Shown here in pieces: positions 9,669 to 19,087 of a stretch of 64,000 bases of DNA (the first letter of the stretch is position 1; every line of letters begins with the position of its first letter). The stretch spans positions 310,001-374,000 of the IMG/VR virus record IMGVR_UViG_3300032288_004964, one strand, 5' to 3'. Both the position numbers and the translations under genes were made by a program. Below the pieces are notes generated by a model. The model saw only the letters and a program-made list of their open reading frames with translations. It had not been told where the DNA came from and did not search any database.

Positions 9669-10223
9669 ATGAATAGTATAAACGCAAATAAAAAAATGAA
9701 ATGGTCTAAAAACCGGAAGAGATTGCGTGATGCTTTGGAGAGTAATGCTTACGGTAACCAACTGGGTAAAATGTTAGAGAATTTTCAATTACTTAAACCA
9801 GAAGAGTTCTTACAATGCAAAAATAATTTACTAAAATTAGCATTGAAAAATGCCTCAAAAGAATGTGCTGTCTTTCTAATAGAAAAAGAAGCTAGAGCAA
9901 ATATTGAGTTCTGTTTGTTAGAAACCGATTATAATAAAATTGATAAAGTTTATAACTTAATATCTGAATTAAATTCAAAATATGATTTCACAGGGCCTTC
10001 TTTGCCTCAAAAGAAAACTTTAATAGCTAGATTAATTAGTCCTGAAAAAGTCTCAGAAAATTCTGATAGAGTTGATTATCTATTCAAAATGATTTGCGAA
10101 GGATTTTTCACATCAGAAGATGTTATGGAACAAATAGAAATATCTTACAAAGATAAACAAGAACAAAAAAGACATTTTACCTCCCTGTTCAGGGATTTAA
10201 AACTAAGAGAATTAGGAATATGA
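9669..10223 (+). CDS. Hypothetical protein with C-terminal tag
   Basis: Ends FRDLKLRELGI. Confidence 0.55.
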   Translation: MNSINANKKMKWSKNRKRLRDALESNAYGNQLGKMLENFQLLKPEEFLQCKNNLLKLALKNASKECAVFLIEKEARANIEFCLLETDYNKIDKVYNLISELNSKYDFTGPSLPQKKTLIARLISPEKVSENSDRVDYLFKMICEGFFTSEDVMEQIEISYKDKQEQKRHFTSLFRDLKLRELGI

Positions 10224-10465
10224 GGAATTTATATAAAATGAAATATGAATACTCACGTCAACCTTGGTATAATGGTGATGATGTATTTGAGCTTGACTTT
10301 ATTCATACAGATAGATATTTTTCACAATTTGGAACAGATTGTTCTTGGACTAATTTTAGAACTAAAGAAACTATTAATATCTGGGATATGTGTATGAGAA
10401 AAATAACTGATGATGAAGCTAAGCAATTAGTAAGAGAGTATAATCTAAATCAATTGGGAATATGA
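10220..10465 (+). CDS. Hypothetical protein with C-terminal tag
   Basis: Ends VREYNLNQLGI. Confidence 0.55.
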   Translation: MRNLYKMKYEYSRQPWYNGDDVFELDFIHTDRYFSQFGTDCSWTNFRTKETINIWDMCMRKITDDEAKQLVREYNLNQLGI

Positions 10466-10881
10466 AATTATATTATGATGGTATAGGATATCCTTGTAAA
10501 TTGAAATCTGAAATGAAAGGTAATAATACTTGGTATAGTATGGAACCAGTAAAAGTTAAAGTAACTTTACCTAAATATATCTATGATAAGATTTTATTAG
10601 ATATCAAATTAGACAATGAGAATGATACTTTAAGGGATATATTTAGATTTAAATTACTACTTCAAAGAGGAGAGTTGTCAAGAAATAAAGATAAGTGGAG
10701 TAGACATTCTCAAGTTGTTCAAAATGAACTTTGGGAATTAGAAACATATTTAGATAGATTAACAATTACTTCTAAATTCAGAAATGGTGATGTTACTGCT
10801 ATATTTGGTTTATCAATATTTTCTGAAATAGAATTAGACAAATCAGATATTAGAGAAATTATATTAAATGAACTTATTTAA
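10462..10881 (+). CDS. Hypothetical protein with C-terminal tag
   Basis: Ends IREIILNELI. Confidence 0.55.
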   Translation: MKLYYDGIGYPCKLKSEMKGNNTWYSMEPVKVKVTLPKYIYDKILLDIKLDNENDTLRDIFRFKLLLQRGELSRNKDKWSRHSQVVQNELWELETYLDRLTITSKFRNGDVTAIFGLSIFSEIELDKSDIREIILNELI

Positions 10882-10883
10882 AA

Positions 10884-10972
10884 GCGAAAACACCGAGGAG
10901 CGAATTCGGTGTTCTCTATAGCCTAAACTATACCGGTCCTAAGCTGGGGGATCGCTCTCCCCTCCGGTTCAT
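10884..10972 (-). ncRNA. Candidate structured small RNA with complementarity to 23S rRNA H69-H71
   Basis: GC-rich island with four stems; G-U pairs favour the minus strand; TATATATA motif upstream (10977-10989); final hairpin followed by U-run. Confidence 0.55.
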
Positions 10973-11055
10973 ACATTATATATAAATAATATAAACTTTC
11001 TTTTTTAAAAATATAAAACATAAGTAAATTAATGTCAAACTAAAAAACAAACAAA

Positions 11056-11367
11056 ATGGTAAAAAATGAAATTAAAGTAGATTTCTCTAACACAGAAGAA
11101 CTAAAAAACATTATTGAGAAAGCTTATTTTACTGAAGGAATGGGTGGAAAAATCCTTGGAAAAAACCACTTCATTAAAATTAATGAATCTGATGATATTC
11201 ATTACACAATCTTCAAAGACATGAATAGTGTGACTGTAAAGTTACACAATCCAGAAATCATTGATGGATCTATGAGATTCATGATTGATGAAACACAAGG
11301 AGAAGTAAGATTGTATCCTATTTCAATCTATTGTATTAAAGAAGAAAACAAGTATATTTTCTACTAA
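11056..11367 (+). CDS. Hypothetical protein
   Basis: 103-aa ORF, A-rich leader. Confidence 0.55.
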   Translation: MVKNEIKVDFSNTEELKNIIEKAYFTEGMGGKILGKNHFIKINESDDIHYTIFKDMNSVTVKLHNPEIIDGSMRFMIDETQGEVRLYPISIYCIKEENKYIFY

Positions 11368-11368
11368 T

Positions 11369-11491
11369 ATGAAAAAACTTTGGAGATACCTATTTGTTGT
11401 TAAACCTGAAACAGGTGAAACACTACCCGTAGGATACTTTATCCTATTCATTATCCTAATAATTGGTGGATATTATATAACTAAAAACTAA
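11369..11491 (+). CDS. Small membrane protein (40 aa, not in ORF track)
   Basis: MKKLWRYLFVVKPETGETLPVGYFILFIILIIGGYYITKN, one TM segment, fills operon gap. Confidence 0.45.
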   Translation: MKKLWRYLFVVKPETGETLPVGYFILFIILIIGGYYITKN

Positions 11492-11502
11492 AACTAAAAA
11501 CT

Positions 11503-12585
11503 ATGATTCATTACGACTTTAATGACATTCTAATTACGCCTGCTGTAACTTCAAGTATTAGATCAAGAAGTGAAATTAACCAACATCAAACTTTAATGGG
11601 TGAAACTAATTGGTTACCAGTTATTGTATCTCCTATGGATACTGTTATTGGTCTAGATAACTGGGAACTTTATTTAGAAAATAAAATGCCTATTTGCTTT
11701 CCAAGAGGTATTTATCCAAGAACATATCCTGTTCAATTTAGTGAAGATGATAGAGCAATGCTACAATGTTTTAAAGATGTAATCTTTTACTCATACTCTT
11801 TAGATGAAGCAAATGAATTAGTTCAATGGTTAATTAACAATCCTGGAAGTGATTTAGATGGTAATGTCCTAATTGATATCGCAAATGGTCATATGCAGCA
11901 TATGGTTGATTTAGTTAAAGAACTCCGCAGTAGAACAAAAATGAAGATTATGGTTGGTAATATTGCTAACCCTGATACTTATAAAGTTCTTTCCGAAGCA
12001 GGTGCTGATTTTATTAGAGTTGGTATTGGATTTGGTGGTGGTTGTTTAACTGCTATGAATACTGGTGTTGGTTACTCTATGGCATCACTTGTTAAAAAGT
12101 GTGCTGATATTAAAGAACAAATGAGTTCAAATGATGAAAGAGTTGCTAGTATTGTAGCTGATGGTGGATTCCGTGAATATTCTGATATTATTAAAGCTCT
12201 GGCTTTAGGTGCGGATTATGTCATGTTGGGATCTATCTTAAACAAATGTTTAGAATCTTCTGGTGATACTTATTGGAAAGGTATAAAGTTATCACCAGAG
12301 ATTGCTAAATTTCTTTGGAAGAGAAAATTCAAACTTGAAAAGAAATTCAGAGGAATGTCTACTAAAGAAGTTCAAAAGAAATGGGGTAAGAAAAAATTAA
12401 CTACATCAGAGGGTGTGGTTAGAATGAGAACTGTAAAATATACACTTTCGGGTTGGAGAGAAAACTTTGAAGATTATTTAAAATCTACTATGTCTTATAC
12501 TAATAGTCGGACATTAAATGACTTTATTGGGAATGTTAAATGGACAATAATCTCTCAAAGCTCATTTAATAGATTTAATAAGTAA
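11503..12585 (+). CDS. guaC: GMP reductase / IMP dehydrogenase family protein
   Basis: DFNDILI, SPMDTV, IDIANGH, RVGIGFGGGCLT (catalytic Cys), ADGG, FRGMS; no CBS domains. Confidence 0.8.
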   Translation: MIHYDFNDILITPAVTSSIRSRSEINQHQTLMGETNWLPVIVSPMDTVIGLDNWELYLENKMPICFPRGIYPRTYPVQFSEDDRAMLQCFKDVIFYSYSLDEANELVQWLINNPGSDLDGNVLIDIANGHMQHMVDLVKELRSRTKMKIMVGNIANPDTYKVLSEAGADFIRVGIGFGGGCLTAMNTGVGYSMASLVKKCADIKEQMSSNDERVASIVADGGFREYSDIIKALALGADYVMLGSILNKCLESSGDTYWKGIKLSPEIAKFLWKRKFKLEKKFRGMSTKEVQKKWGKKKLTTSEGVVRMRTVKYTLSGWRENFEDYLKSTMSYTNSRTLNDFIGNVKWTIISQSSFNRFNK

Positions 12586-12639
12586 ACTTAATATGATTTA
12601 TTCATATAACTCTAAACAAATAAAAACAAATAAAAACAA

Positions 12640-12828
12640 ATGAAAAAAGGAACAGTAAAATTCTTTAACGAGACCAAGGGTTTCGGTTTTATTAAAGAAG
12701 AAAACGGACAGGACATTTTTGTTCATGTAACCGGATTAAAAGAAGATATTCGTGAAAATGACGAAGTTGTCTTTGATGTAGAAGAAGGAAAAAAAGGCTT
12801 AAACGCTATTAATGTAGCTTTAGCTTAA
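12640..12828 (+). CDS. cspA: Cold-shock protein
   Basis: GTVKFFNETKGFGFI, DIFVH RNP motifs. Confidence 0.95.
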   Translation: MKKGTVKFFNETKGFGFIKEENGQDIFVHVTGLKEDIRENDEVVFDVEEGKKGLNAINVALA

Positions 12829-12852
12829 TTAAAATATACTTACAATACAAAC

Positions 12853-12881
12853 AAAAAACCCACCTTATGGTGGGTTTTTTT
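12853..12881. terminator. Bidirectional intrinsic terminator
   Basis: A6 CCCACC-TTAT-GGTGGG T7. Confidence 0.85.
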
Positions 12882-12896
12882 ATTATAATGAGTAAT

Positions 12897-13697
12897 CTAG
12901 CGTTTCACCATAAAGAAGAAACTTGAATTTGACATACCATTAACTGATTCTTCAACTTCTTTAACCTCTGCTTGTCCTTGAGATACTAAATCAGCTGAAT
13001 TGATTTTAACAGAACCTGGTAATGTATAATCATATCTACCAGTTAAGTTACCTAATTGTATCTTACTATATCCAACAACATACTTAAAAAATAAATCATC
13101 TCTAAATAAGTTTTCTTGAGGTATGTTAGCATAAGCCTCCATAATAACATCATATTTAACATTAGTTAAAATATGTAATCTATGATTTAATTGGTTAAAG
13201 TTATATTTAAGTGTATATTTATTTAATTGATTTAACATATCAGACATATTATCTAATATAGTTTTGTAAACACCTAACTCACCAATTGTAGTAACATAAG
13301 ATGATAAATAAGGTTGATTAGTAACACCTAAGTTTACTGATAAATTTGGTTGGTTAATACCTAATTGAAAAAGAGAAGATCCTCTTACTTCATAAAGATA
13401 ACTAACAGATTGAATTTCACAAGGAACATTTACATAGTTATATTTTGTAAATTCTTCAGAAAAGAAAGCTTCTTTAACTATAAGAAAATACATCTTTTGA
13501 ACAGCATATTGATAATTACGGTAGAACCAAGGTAAGGCTCTGGTTTCAATAATTTGTCTAACATTATTATCTGGTAGTGTTCTAGGAAGAGCACAGGATA
13601 TAGTTAATTCATTTTGAACTAAGTCTACTAATTCTTCTATTGTATAACCCCCTTGATAAGGAACATAACTATTACCGTATCCATTAACATCTGACAT
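12897..13697 (-). CDS. T4 gp13-like neck/head-completion protein
   Basis: Size and C-terminal KIQLGNLTGRYDYTLPGSVKINSADLVSQG resemble gp13 (WG.NL.K...LPGG...NG); AATATATA motif upstream. Confidence 0.6.
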   Translation of the reverse strand: MSDVNGYGNSYVPYQGGYTIEELVDLVQNELTISCALPRTLPDNNVRQIIETRALPWFYRNYQYAVQKMYFLIVKEAFFSEEFTKYNYVNVPCEIQSVSYLYEVRGSSLFQLGINQPNLSVNLGVTNQPYLSSYVTTIGELGVYKTILDNMSDMLNQLNKYTLKYNFNQLNHRLHILTNVKYDVIMEAYANIPQENLFRDDLFFKYVVGYSKIQLGNLTGRYDYTLPGSVKINSADLVSQGQAEVKEVEESVNGMSNSSFFFMVKR

Positions 13698-13762
13698 AAA
13701 AATAATTTCTTTTGTTTATATATTAATTTGGCAACCTCACTTATTATTTGTATATTTGAAGT

Positions 13763-13948
13763 ATGAAAACAGGGAAAATAATCATCGGTAAAGTTACATT
13801 TGAGGATATCATGAAAGCTAATAAAAAAGCTTCAAGAGAAATGAATTTAGAGAATTCTACTGGTTGGAACTCTGTTAGAAAAACTCATAAATCTGTTAAA
13901 GATTATACCCGTAAACCTAAGCATAAAAAAAGCTATTCATTTGAATAG
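13763..13948 (+). CDS. Small basic protein, ArfA-like C-terminal motif
   Basis: HKSVKDYTRKPKHKK; promoter element 4 nt before ATG. Confidence 0.45.
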   Translation: MKTGKIIIGKVTFEDIMKANKKASREMNLENSTGWNSVRKTHKSVKDYTRKPKHKKSYSFE

Positions 13949-13956
13949 CCTTCTAT

Positions 13957-15015
13957 TTATACTGTAAAGTTTTTCGATCCTTTTAATTTCTCAAGAGTGT
14001 GTTTCTCATCAAGTTCTATGTTTTTAGGTATTCTAACATATATCTTAACATAAAGATCACCTAATCCATAATGAACATCAGGTATTCCTTTACCATTTAC
14101 TCTATAAATCTTACCGTGTTCTGTTCCAGGTTCAATAGCTATTGTTAAGTCACCATGTGGTGTTTTAACTTTAACATTAGCACCAAGTATAGCATCTAAA
14201 ACCGAAATAGTTTTTTCAATGTTAATATTGTTTCTATCTCTTGTAAAATATGTTTCTTTTATTTCTTCTATTATAATTTGAAGATTTCCAGGTAACCCAT
14301 TTCTAGTGTAGTTACCAAATCCATTCATTGTTAGCTGAATATCATTTGAAACCCCTGCTGGTATTTCTACATCAACTGTTTGTTCTTTTGAAACAGTACC
14401 ATCACCGTGACAATCACCACATTTACTTTTTATTTGCTTACCTGATCCACCACAATCTGGACAAGTTGTAGCTGTTCTAATCTGACCAAATGGTGTGTTT
14501 TGAATAACGGTTCTTTGTCCTACACCATTACAAGGTAAACAATCCTTAACATCTGTTCCTCCTTGACCAGAACATTTTTCGCATCTATCTTGTCTTCTAT
14601 ACTTTAACTTCTTATTAGTACCTTTAAGAATTTCATCTATTGTTAAACTAACTTTAATTCTCAAATCAGAGCCTTTTGTTTGCCTAGGTTGTCTATTATA
14701 TCTTTGACCAAAGATATCACCAAATTGACTAAAAATGTCATCCATGTTGAAACCATGACCTTGTTGACTAAATGGATTTCCTCCACCAAATGGATTACCG
14801 GATGCCGATCCAAATCTATCATAGTTTGATTTTTTTTCAGGATTTGACAATGTGTCATATGCCTCAGCAGCATCTTTGAATTTAGCTTCTGCTTCAGGGT
14901 TATCAGGGTTTTTATCGGGGTGATATTGCATAGCCATCTTTCGATAAGCCTTTTTAATCTCATCATCAGATGCACCCTTATCTACGCCTAGTATGTTATA
15001 ATAATCTTTACTCAT
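13957..15015 (-). CDS. dnaJ: Chaperone DnaJ
   Basis: J domain with HPD, G/F region, four CxxCxGxG repeats. Confidence 0.97.
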   Translation of the reverse strand: MSKDYYNILGVDKGASDDEIKKAYRKMAMQYHPDKNPDNPEAEAKFKDAAEAYDTLSNPEKKSNYDRFGSASGNPFGGGNPFSQQGHGFNMDDIFSQFGDIFGQRYNRQPRQTKGSDLRIKVSLTIDEILKGTNKKLKYRRQDRCEKCSGQGGTDVKDCLPCNGVGQRTVIQNTPFGQIRTATTCPDCGGSGKQIKSKCGDCHGDGTVSKEQTVDVEIPAGVSNDIQLTMNGFGNYTRNGLPGNLQIIIEEIKETYFTRDRNNINIEKTISVLDAILGANVKVKTPHGDLTIAIEPGTEHGKIYRVNGKGIPDVHYGLGDLYVKIYVRIPKNIELDEKHTLEKLKGSKNFTV

Positions 15016-15036
15016 AATTTTTTCTTATATCAAATT

Positions 15037-15351
15037 TTATGCCAATATTTTGGATAAGACTAATTCTCTTTTAATTGATTTAAGTCCATCATCAAATCTT
15101 ATTTGTGTGTAACTGTTATATTTAATCCAGAAATCATCTGGGTGTGTATAACAATCTTTTTTTGTTTTTAATGTTAAGAATGGTAGTTCTTCAACAATCT
15201 CTTTAAATACTGTTAGAATATCAACATCACTATAGTATTCCATTTCTGATAATCTATTACAAAAATAATCCATACAAGGTTGGACATTTCTTTGAACAAC
15301 CTCTAAGTATTTCTTTTCAGTTTTAGATGAATCTATGTACCAATTTAACAT
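15037..15351 (-). CDS. Hypothetical protein with C-terminal tag
   Basis: Ends KRELVLSKILA. Confidence 0.55.
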   Translation of the reverse strand: MLNWYIDSSKTEKKYLEVVQRNVQPCMDYFCNRLSEMEYYSDVDILTVFKEIVEELPFLTLKTKKDCYTHPDDFWIKYNSYTQIRFDDGLKSIKRELVLSKILA

Positions 15352-15881
15352 CTTATAATATTTTTAATCTTTATATCTCTTTCTCTTTGTAACTTAATAC
15401 TAGCTATTTCTTTTTCAATATCATTACACTCTTTTGTTTTTTCAACTAAATGTGCAATGTAATTATCAACTATTAATGTTAATGTTTCAACTGTTCTATC
15501 TAATTTATCAAAGTGTATTAAAGATGATTTGGTCTTCTTCAACATATCTACTAAGTAATTTAAAAAGTCATCTATATCAAAGTATAACTGAAACAACTCC
15601 AATCTTCTATCTCTTAAAAGAGATGGTGGTGTTATGTAAACTTTTGCCCAAACTCTCCTAATAGAAGGTAGTATTAAATCTAAAGTTTCAGTTTCATCAT
15701 CATTATATAAACAACCCTTAAATTCTTCTGTGTCAAATAAAGTATATTTTTCATTAACAATACTATTTAAAACAGATTCAAATTCATTTACATTTGTAAT
15801 TCCTTCCAAAAGAGTCTTAAAAAGTAGGCTCTTATATTTTGGGTGATTTTTTATCTCTAAAAATGGTATCTTTTCTGACAT
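15345..15881 (-). CDS. Hypothetical protein with capsid-like segment and C-terminal tag
   Basis: LILPSIRRVWAKV; ends ERDIKIKNIIRC. Confidence 0.55.
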   Translation of the reverse strand: MSEKIPFLEIKNHPKYKSLLFKTLLEGITNVNEFESVLNSIVNEKYTLFDTEEFKGCLYNDDETETLDLILPSIRRVWAKVYITPPSLLRDRRLELFQLYFDIDDFLNYLVDMLKKTKSSLIHFDKLDRTVETLTLIVDNYIAHLVEKTKECNDIEKEIASIKLQRERDIKIKNIIRC

Positions 15882-16357
15882 TACTTACCTAAAATAATTT
15901 TTGGAAAACGGAATGGTTTTCCATTTAATGAATAACCTTTACTAACAACATCAATAATTTTTGATTCACCGATTTCCATAACTTGAATTACTTCATGTAT
16001 ATCTTCATCATATTTTTCAGTTTGAATAACTTCAATGTTGTGTGACTTCAAAAATGTTTCTAATTTCTGAGCAATTAATTTAACACCACTTTTTGCTGAT
16101 TCATCTTTGATATTTTTTAGAGCAATAGATAAATCATTATCCATGTCAAGAATAGATGATATCATAGAAACCTTTGTATTGTTTTTGATATCTTCTTTTT
16201 CTTTAGTCATTCTTCTTTTGTAAGTTTCAAAATCAGCATAAAGTCTAACATACTTATCTTCTGATTCTGTTAGTTTTGCTTCTAACTCTTGATACTTCGA
16301 AAGTAACTCATCAAAAGGAGTTACAATTCTTTCCGCGTTTTCTGTATTTTCTTCCAT
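15881..16357 (-). CDS. grpE: Nucleotide exchange factor GrpE
   Basis: YVRLYADFETYKRR, DEDIHEVI, VVSKGYSLNGK. Confidence 0.92.
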   Translation of the reverse strand: MEENTENAERIVTPFDELLSKYQELEAKLTESEDKYVRLYADFETYKRRMTKEKEDIKNNTKVSMISSILDMDNDLSIALKNIKDESAKSGVKLIAQKLETFLKSHNIEVIQTEKYDEDIHEVIQVMEIGESKIIDVVSKGYSLNGKPFRFPKIILGK

Positions 16358-16359
16358 AA

Positions 16360-16650
16360 TTATTGTAATACTTTTTCTAATTTTTCATTTCTTTCCCACC
16401 ATTTAATATTATCATCAACTGTCCTAACAAAAATAGGATCTAATTTTTGAATGTGATGTAACATCTTTGATTTAAATTTTTCCCAATATTCTTTACCAAA
16501 CATTTCTAAGTTGGTAATTAAAATTGAGTATTGAATAATCTCAGAATCAGTTAAGTAAAGTTGAATACTTGTTCCTAATATTAAACAATTGTAATAATCT
16601 TTTCTTTCATTGAAGTTAAGACTTCCTCCAATAATATCTAAATTAGCCAT
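16360..16650 (-). CDS. Hypothetical protein with C-terminal tag
   Basis: Ends ERNEKLEKVLQ. Confidence 0.55.
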   Translation of the reverse strand: MANLDIIGGSLNFNERKDYYNCLILGTSIQLYLTDSEIIQYSILITNLEMFGKEYWEKFKSKMLHHIQKLDPIFVRTVDDNIKWWERNEKLEKVLQ

Positions 16651-17135
16651 TAATAATTGAATTTAAGTAGTTTTTTAACATTGTTTGCTCCATAAAATTC
16701 ATAAGTAACATTCTTATCAACAATTTTATGAATCTCTAATTTCTCAATTTCCAGTTTAATAATATCTATGTATTCAACTAAATCTTTAAGAGCCTTTGTA
16801 TATAATAGATTTGGTTCCCAATAGTCAGGAAATTTATCTACAAATTTATCCACCGCATAATCAAATGTTTTCTTTCTAACAAGTAATAAGTCTTTTTCCT
16901 TAATAGATTTATTTGTCAAGAACTCCATTACATAAGTGTTGAATTTATGAATTAAGTTATCAGTTTCAATTACTTTTAACAAACCAATTACAAGTGCATC
17001 TCTTTCAGATATTTCTAACTCTTTATTTTCTTTAAGAATTTTTTCGGCTTCTTTTTCAGAACCAACAATGTAGTAAACATAATGGTCCCAAACACATCTT
17101 TTTACAATATCTTCAGGGTATATTGATATTTTCAT
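16650..17135 (-). CDS. Hypothetical protein
   Basis: 161-aa ORF, first of grpE-dnaJ operon. Confidence 0.55.
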   Translation of the reverse strand: MKISIYPEDIVKRCVWDHYVYYIVGSEKEAEKILKENKELEISERDALVIGLLKVIETDNLIHKFNTYVMEFLTNKSIKEKDLLLVRKKTFDYAVDKFVDKFPDYWEPNLLYTKALKDLVEYIDIIKLEIEKLEIHKIVDKNVTYEFYGANNVKKLLKFNY

Positions 17136-17307
17136 ATTTAAGTATTATTTTTTTAGTTATAGGTTATAAGACCTATAAAGTTTAGGCAATTTACCTATAC
17201 AGAAATTTATTAAAAATATTTAAAAAGTTGATAAAAAAATAGAATATATAATGCACTTTTATTTAATAAATTTCTTATATTTGTATAAATAAAAACCGAC
17301 AAAAAAA

Positions 17308-17553
17308 ATGTTAAATCAATTGAAAAAACTTGTAAATTCAGAAGTAGATACCCCTGACGGTGAGGCTACTCTTAATGATGTTTATGTAACTGAGCTTGGT
17401 TACATTATGGCTAAAATTTGGTATCCAAAAAAACAATGTTGGATTAACCATAAAATAGGAGACTTAAAAAATTTACTTAATGAAGTAGATGTAAAAATAA
17501 AGTCTGATTTAACAAAAAAGATACAAATAAAATTAAAAAAAGAGTTAGCTTAA
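17308..17553 (+). CDS. Hypothetical protein
   Basis: Behind TATATTTG at 17276. Confidence 0.55.
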   Translation: MLNQLKKLVNSEVDTPDGEATLNDVYVTELGYIMAKIWYPKKQCWINHKIGDLKNLLNEVDVKIKSDLTKKIQIKLKKELA

Positions 17554-17565
17554 GCTAACTCTTTT
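17535..17565. terminator. Bidirectional intrinsic terminator
   Basis: AAAAGAGTTAGC-TTAA-GCTAACTCTTTT. Confidence 0.8.
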
Positions 17566-17998
17566 ATATTGCTTTGAAAGCAAAAGTAATTGAATCTATT
17601 TTAAAGTTGTCTGGTAATACATCAACTGATTTATAATAGGTATAATTTGGTATTTTTACAACATAAATATATTCTAGTTCTAAACCTAATTCATCTTTAG
17701 AATAAGATTCAGCAAATCTTAAAGTTTCTTTTATTTCATCTATGTTAAATTCTTTTAGAGTTGGTCCATTATGAGTCATAACCCTTTTCTCAATTTTAAC
17801 ATCAATAGTTTTAATAGTATAGTTTTTAGTTTCTAAGTTCCAGGAACCAAAAGAATCAGATTTTGAAAAATCCATTTTTTGAGAAGTAGATTCTTTCACA
17901 CTAACTCTAAATCCTTCATCTTGTAACTCTAAGAATAACTCTTTGAACCAATCAAATTGATTAGACTCAAATATCTTATAATTTTTTAAGTATCTCAT
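17564..17998 (-). CDS. Putative virion internal protein, leader + LExxDxG family
   Basis: MRYLKNYKIFES; FKELFLELQDEGFRVSV; TATATATA upstream. Confidence 0.55.
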   Translation of the reverse strand: MRYLKNYKIFESNQFDWFKELFLELQDEGFRVSVKESTSQKMDFSKSDSFGSWNLETKNYTIKTIDVKIEKRVMTHNGPTLKEFNIDEIKETLRFAESYSKDELGLELEYIYVVKIPNYTYYKSVDVLPDNFKIDSITFAFKAI

Positions 17999-18024
17999 TA
18001 AGTATATATAAAATATCTTAAAAT

Positions 18025-18052
18025 AAAAAACCCTACTTAAAGTAGGGTTTTT
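18025..18052 (-). terminator. Intrinsic terminator
   Basis: A6 CCCTACT-TAA-AGTAGGG T5. Confidence 0.8.
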
Positions 18053-18054
18053 AA

Positions 18055-18354
18055 TTAGTCAAAATAAATTTCTGATTGCTCATCTGTGATTTTTTCACGG
18101 ATTACATCTTGTTGATTCAACTCATCATATAAATCAGAATAATACTCATCATTAGTAGGTTTCATATCAGACGCATTTGATAAGATATAATCTTTCATTT
18201 CTTCTTCAGTCATTCCTTCTAATTCTGGATAATCTTCTACATTTAACTCAACAGATTCGTGACTTACAAAAGTAGAGTAAGATTCTGTCATTCGAACAGA
18301 AATTGTTTTTGGAGATTCTACTTTTTTAGATGTTTCTTTTTTAGTTTTTCCCAT
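18055..18354 (-). CDS. Acidic hypothetical protein
   Basis: 99-aa ORF followed by terminator. Confidence 0.55.
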   Translation of the reverse strand: MGKTKKETSKKVESPKTISVRMTESYSTFVSHESVELNVEDYPELEGMTEEEMKDYILSNASDMKPTNDEYYSDLYDELNQQDVIREKITDEQSEIYFD

Positions 18355-18441
18355 AATTAAATTTTTATTAGTTTATAAATATTATATAAATCACTTTAGA
18401 ATTTGTTTTTTTATGATAAGATTTTTTTGTATATTTGTAGT

Positions 18442-18858
18442 ATGATAAACGAAACAAAGATTAACTCTATTCAAGAAAAGCTTAAAAAAGCTATCGCTCT
18501 TATTGAGAAAGAAGAAAATGTTAAGATTGATTTTGGCTCAATCTCATTTAATGTTGCTCAATATAGAGCCTCAATGACTGTATCATCACTTGATAAAAGT
18601 GAAAAGGTTGAGAAAGTTTATGAATCTGTCTGTCGTAGATTAGGTTTCACTCAGAATATTATTGGAATGAAATTTGAATCCAGTGGTATGATTTATGAAA
18701 TAACTGATATAAAAACAAAAAATAGAAAATATCCAGTTATCGCCAAATCACCAAAGGGTAATTCTTATAAATACTCAGTTGATCATATTAAAAGATTAAT
18801 TGGTGGTGATAAGATTATAAATAGAAATAAAAACTTAGATAAATTACTTGGAGACTAA
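18442..18858 (+). CDS. Hypothetical protein with C-terminal tag
   Basis: Start moved to ATG 18442, 4 nt after TATATTTG; ends NRNKNLDKLLGD. Confidence 0.6.
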   Translation: MINETKINSIQEKLKKAIALIEKEENVKIDFGSISFNVAQYRASMTVSSLDKSEKVEKVYESVCRRLGFTQNIIGMKFESSGMIYEITDIKTKNRKYPVIAKSPKGNSYKYSVDHIKRLIGGDKIINRNKNLDKLLGD

Positions 18859-19087
18859 CATATCATATAAGGTAGCAAATACTAAACTTTATAGAGAATC
18901 TAAAGAACTAAAACTTGAATTTCTTTATGAAACAGGAGATGCTGCTTATTTTTGTTTAGATGATGGTGGTTATCTTTATTATCTAATAGAAACATTTACC
19001 AATGGAAAAATTATGGTATTAGATGAGGATAGTCATGTTTATTATGACAATAATAGAATATTAAACCTTTTAAGATTAAAGGTTTAG
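18848..19087 (+). CDS. Hypothetical protein
   Basis: 79-aa ORF overlapping previous stop. Confidence 0.4.
   Translation: METNISYKVANTKLYRESKELKLEFLYETGDAAYFCLDDGGYLYYLIETFTNGKIMVLDEDSHVYYDNNRILNLLRLKV

Noticed and set aside
10884-10972. tRNA or rRNA gene fragment
   Set aside because: No cloverleaf or T-loop; similarity to 23S is limited to two short, re-ordered segments, so it is not an rRNA gene.
12613-12640. AAACAAATAA repeated before cspA
   Set aside because: Short A-rich translation-initiation region typical of Bacteroidota; too short to call a repeat element.
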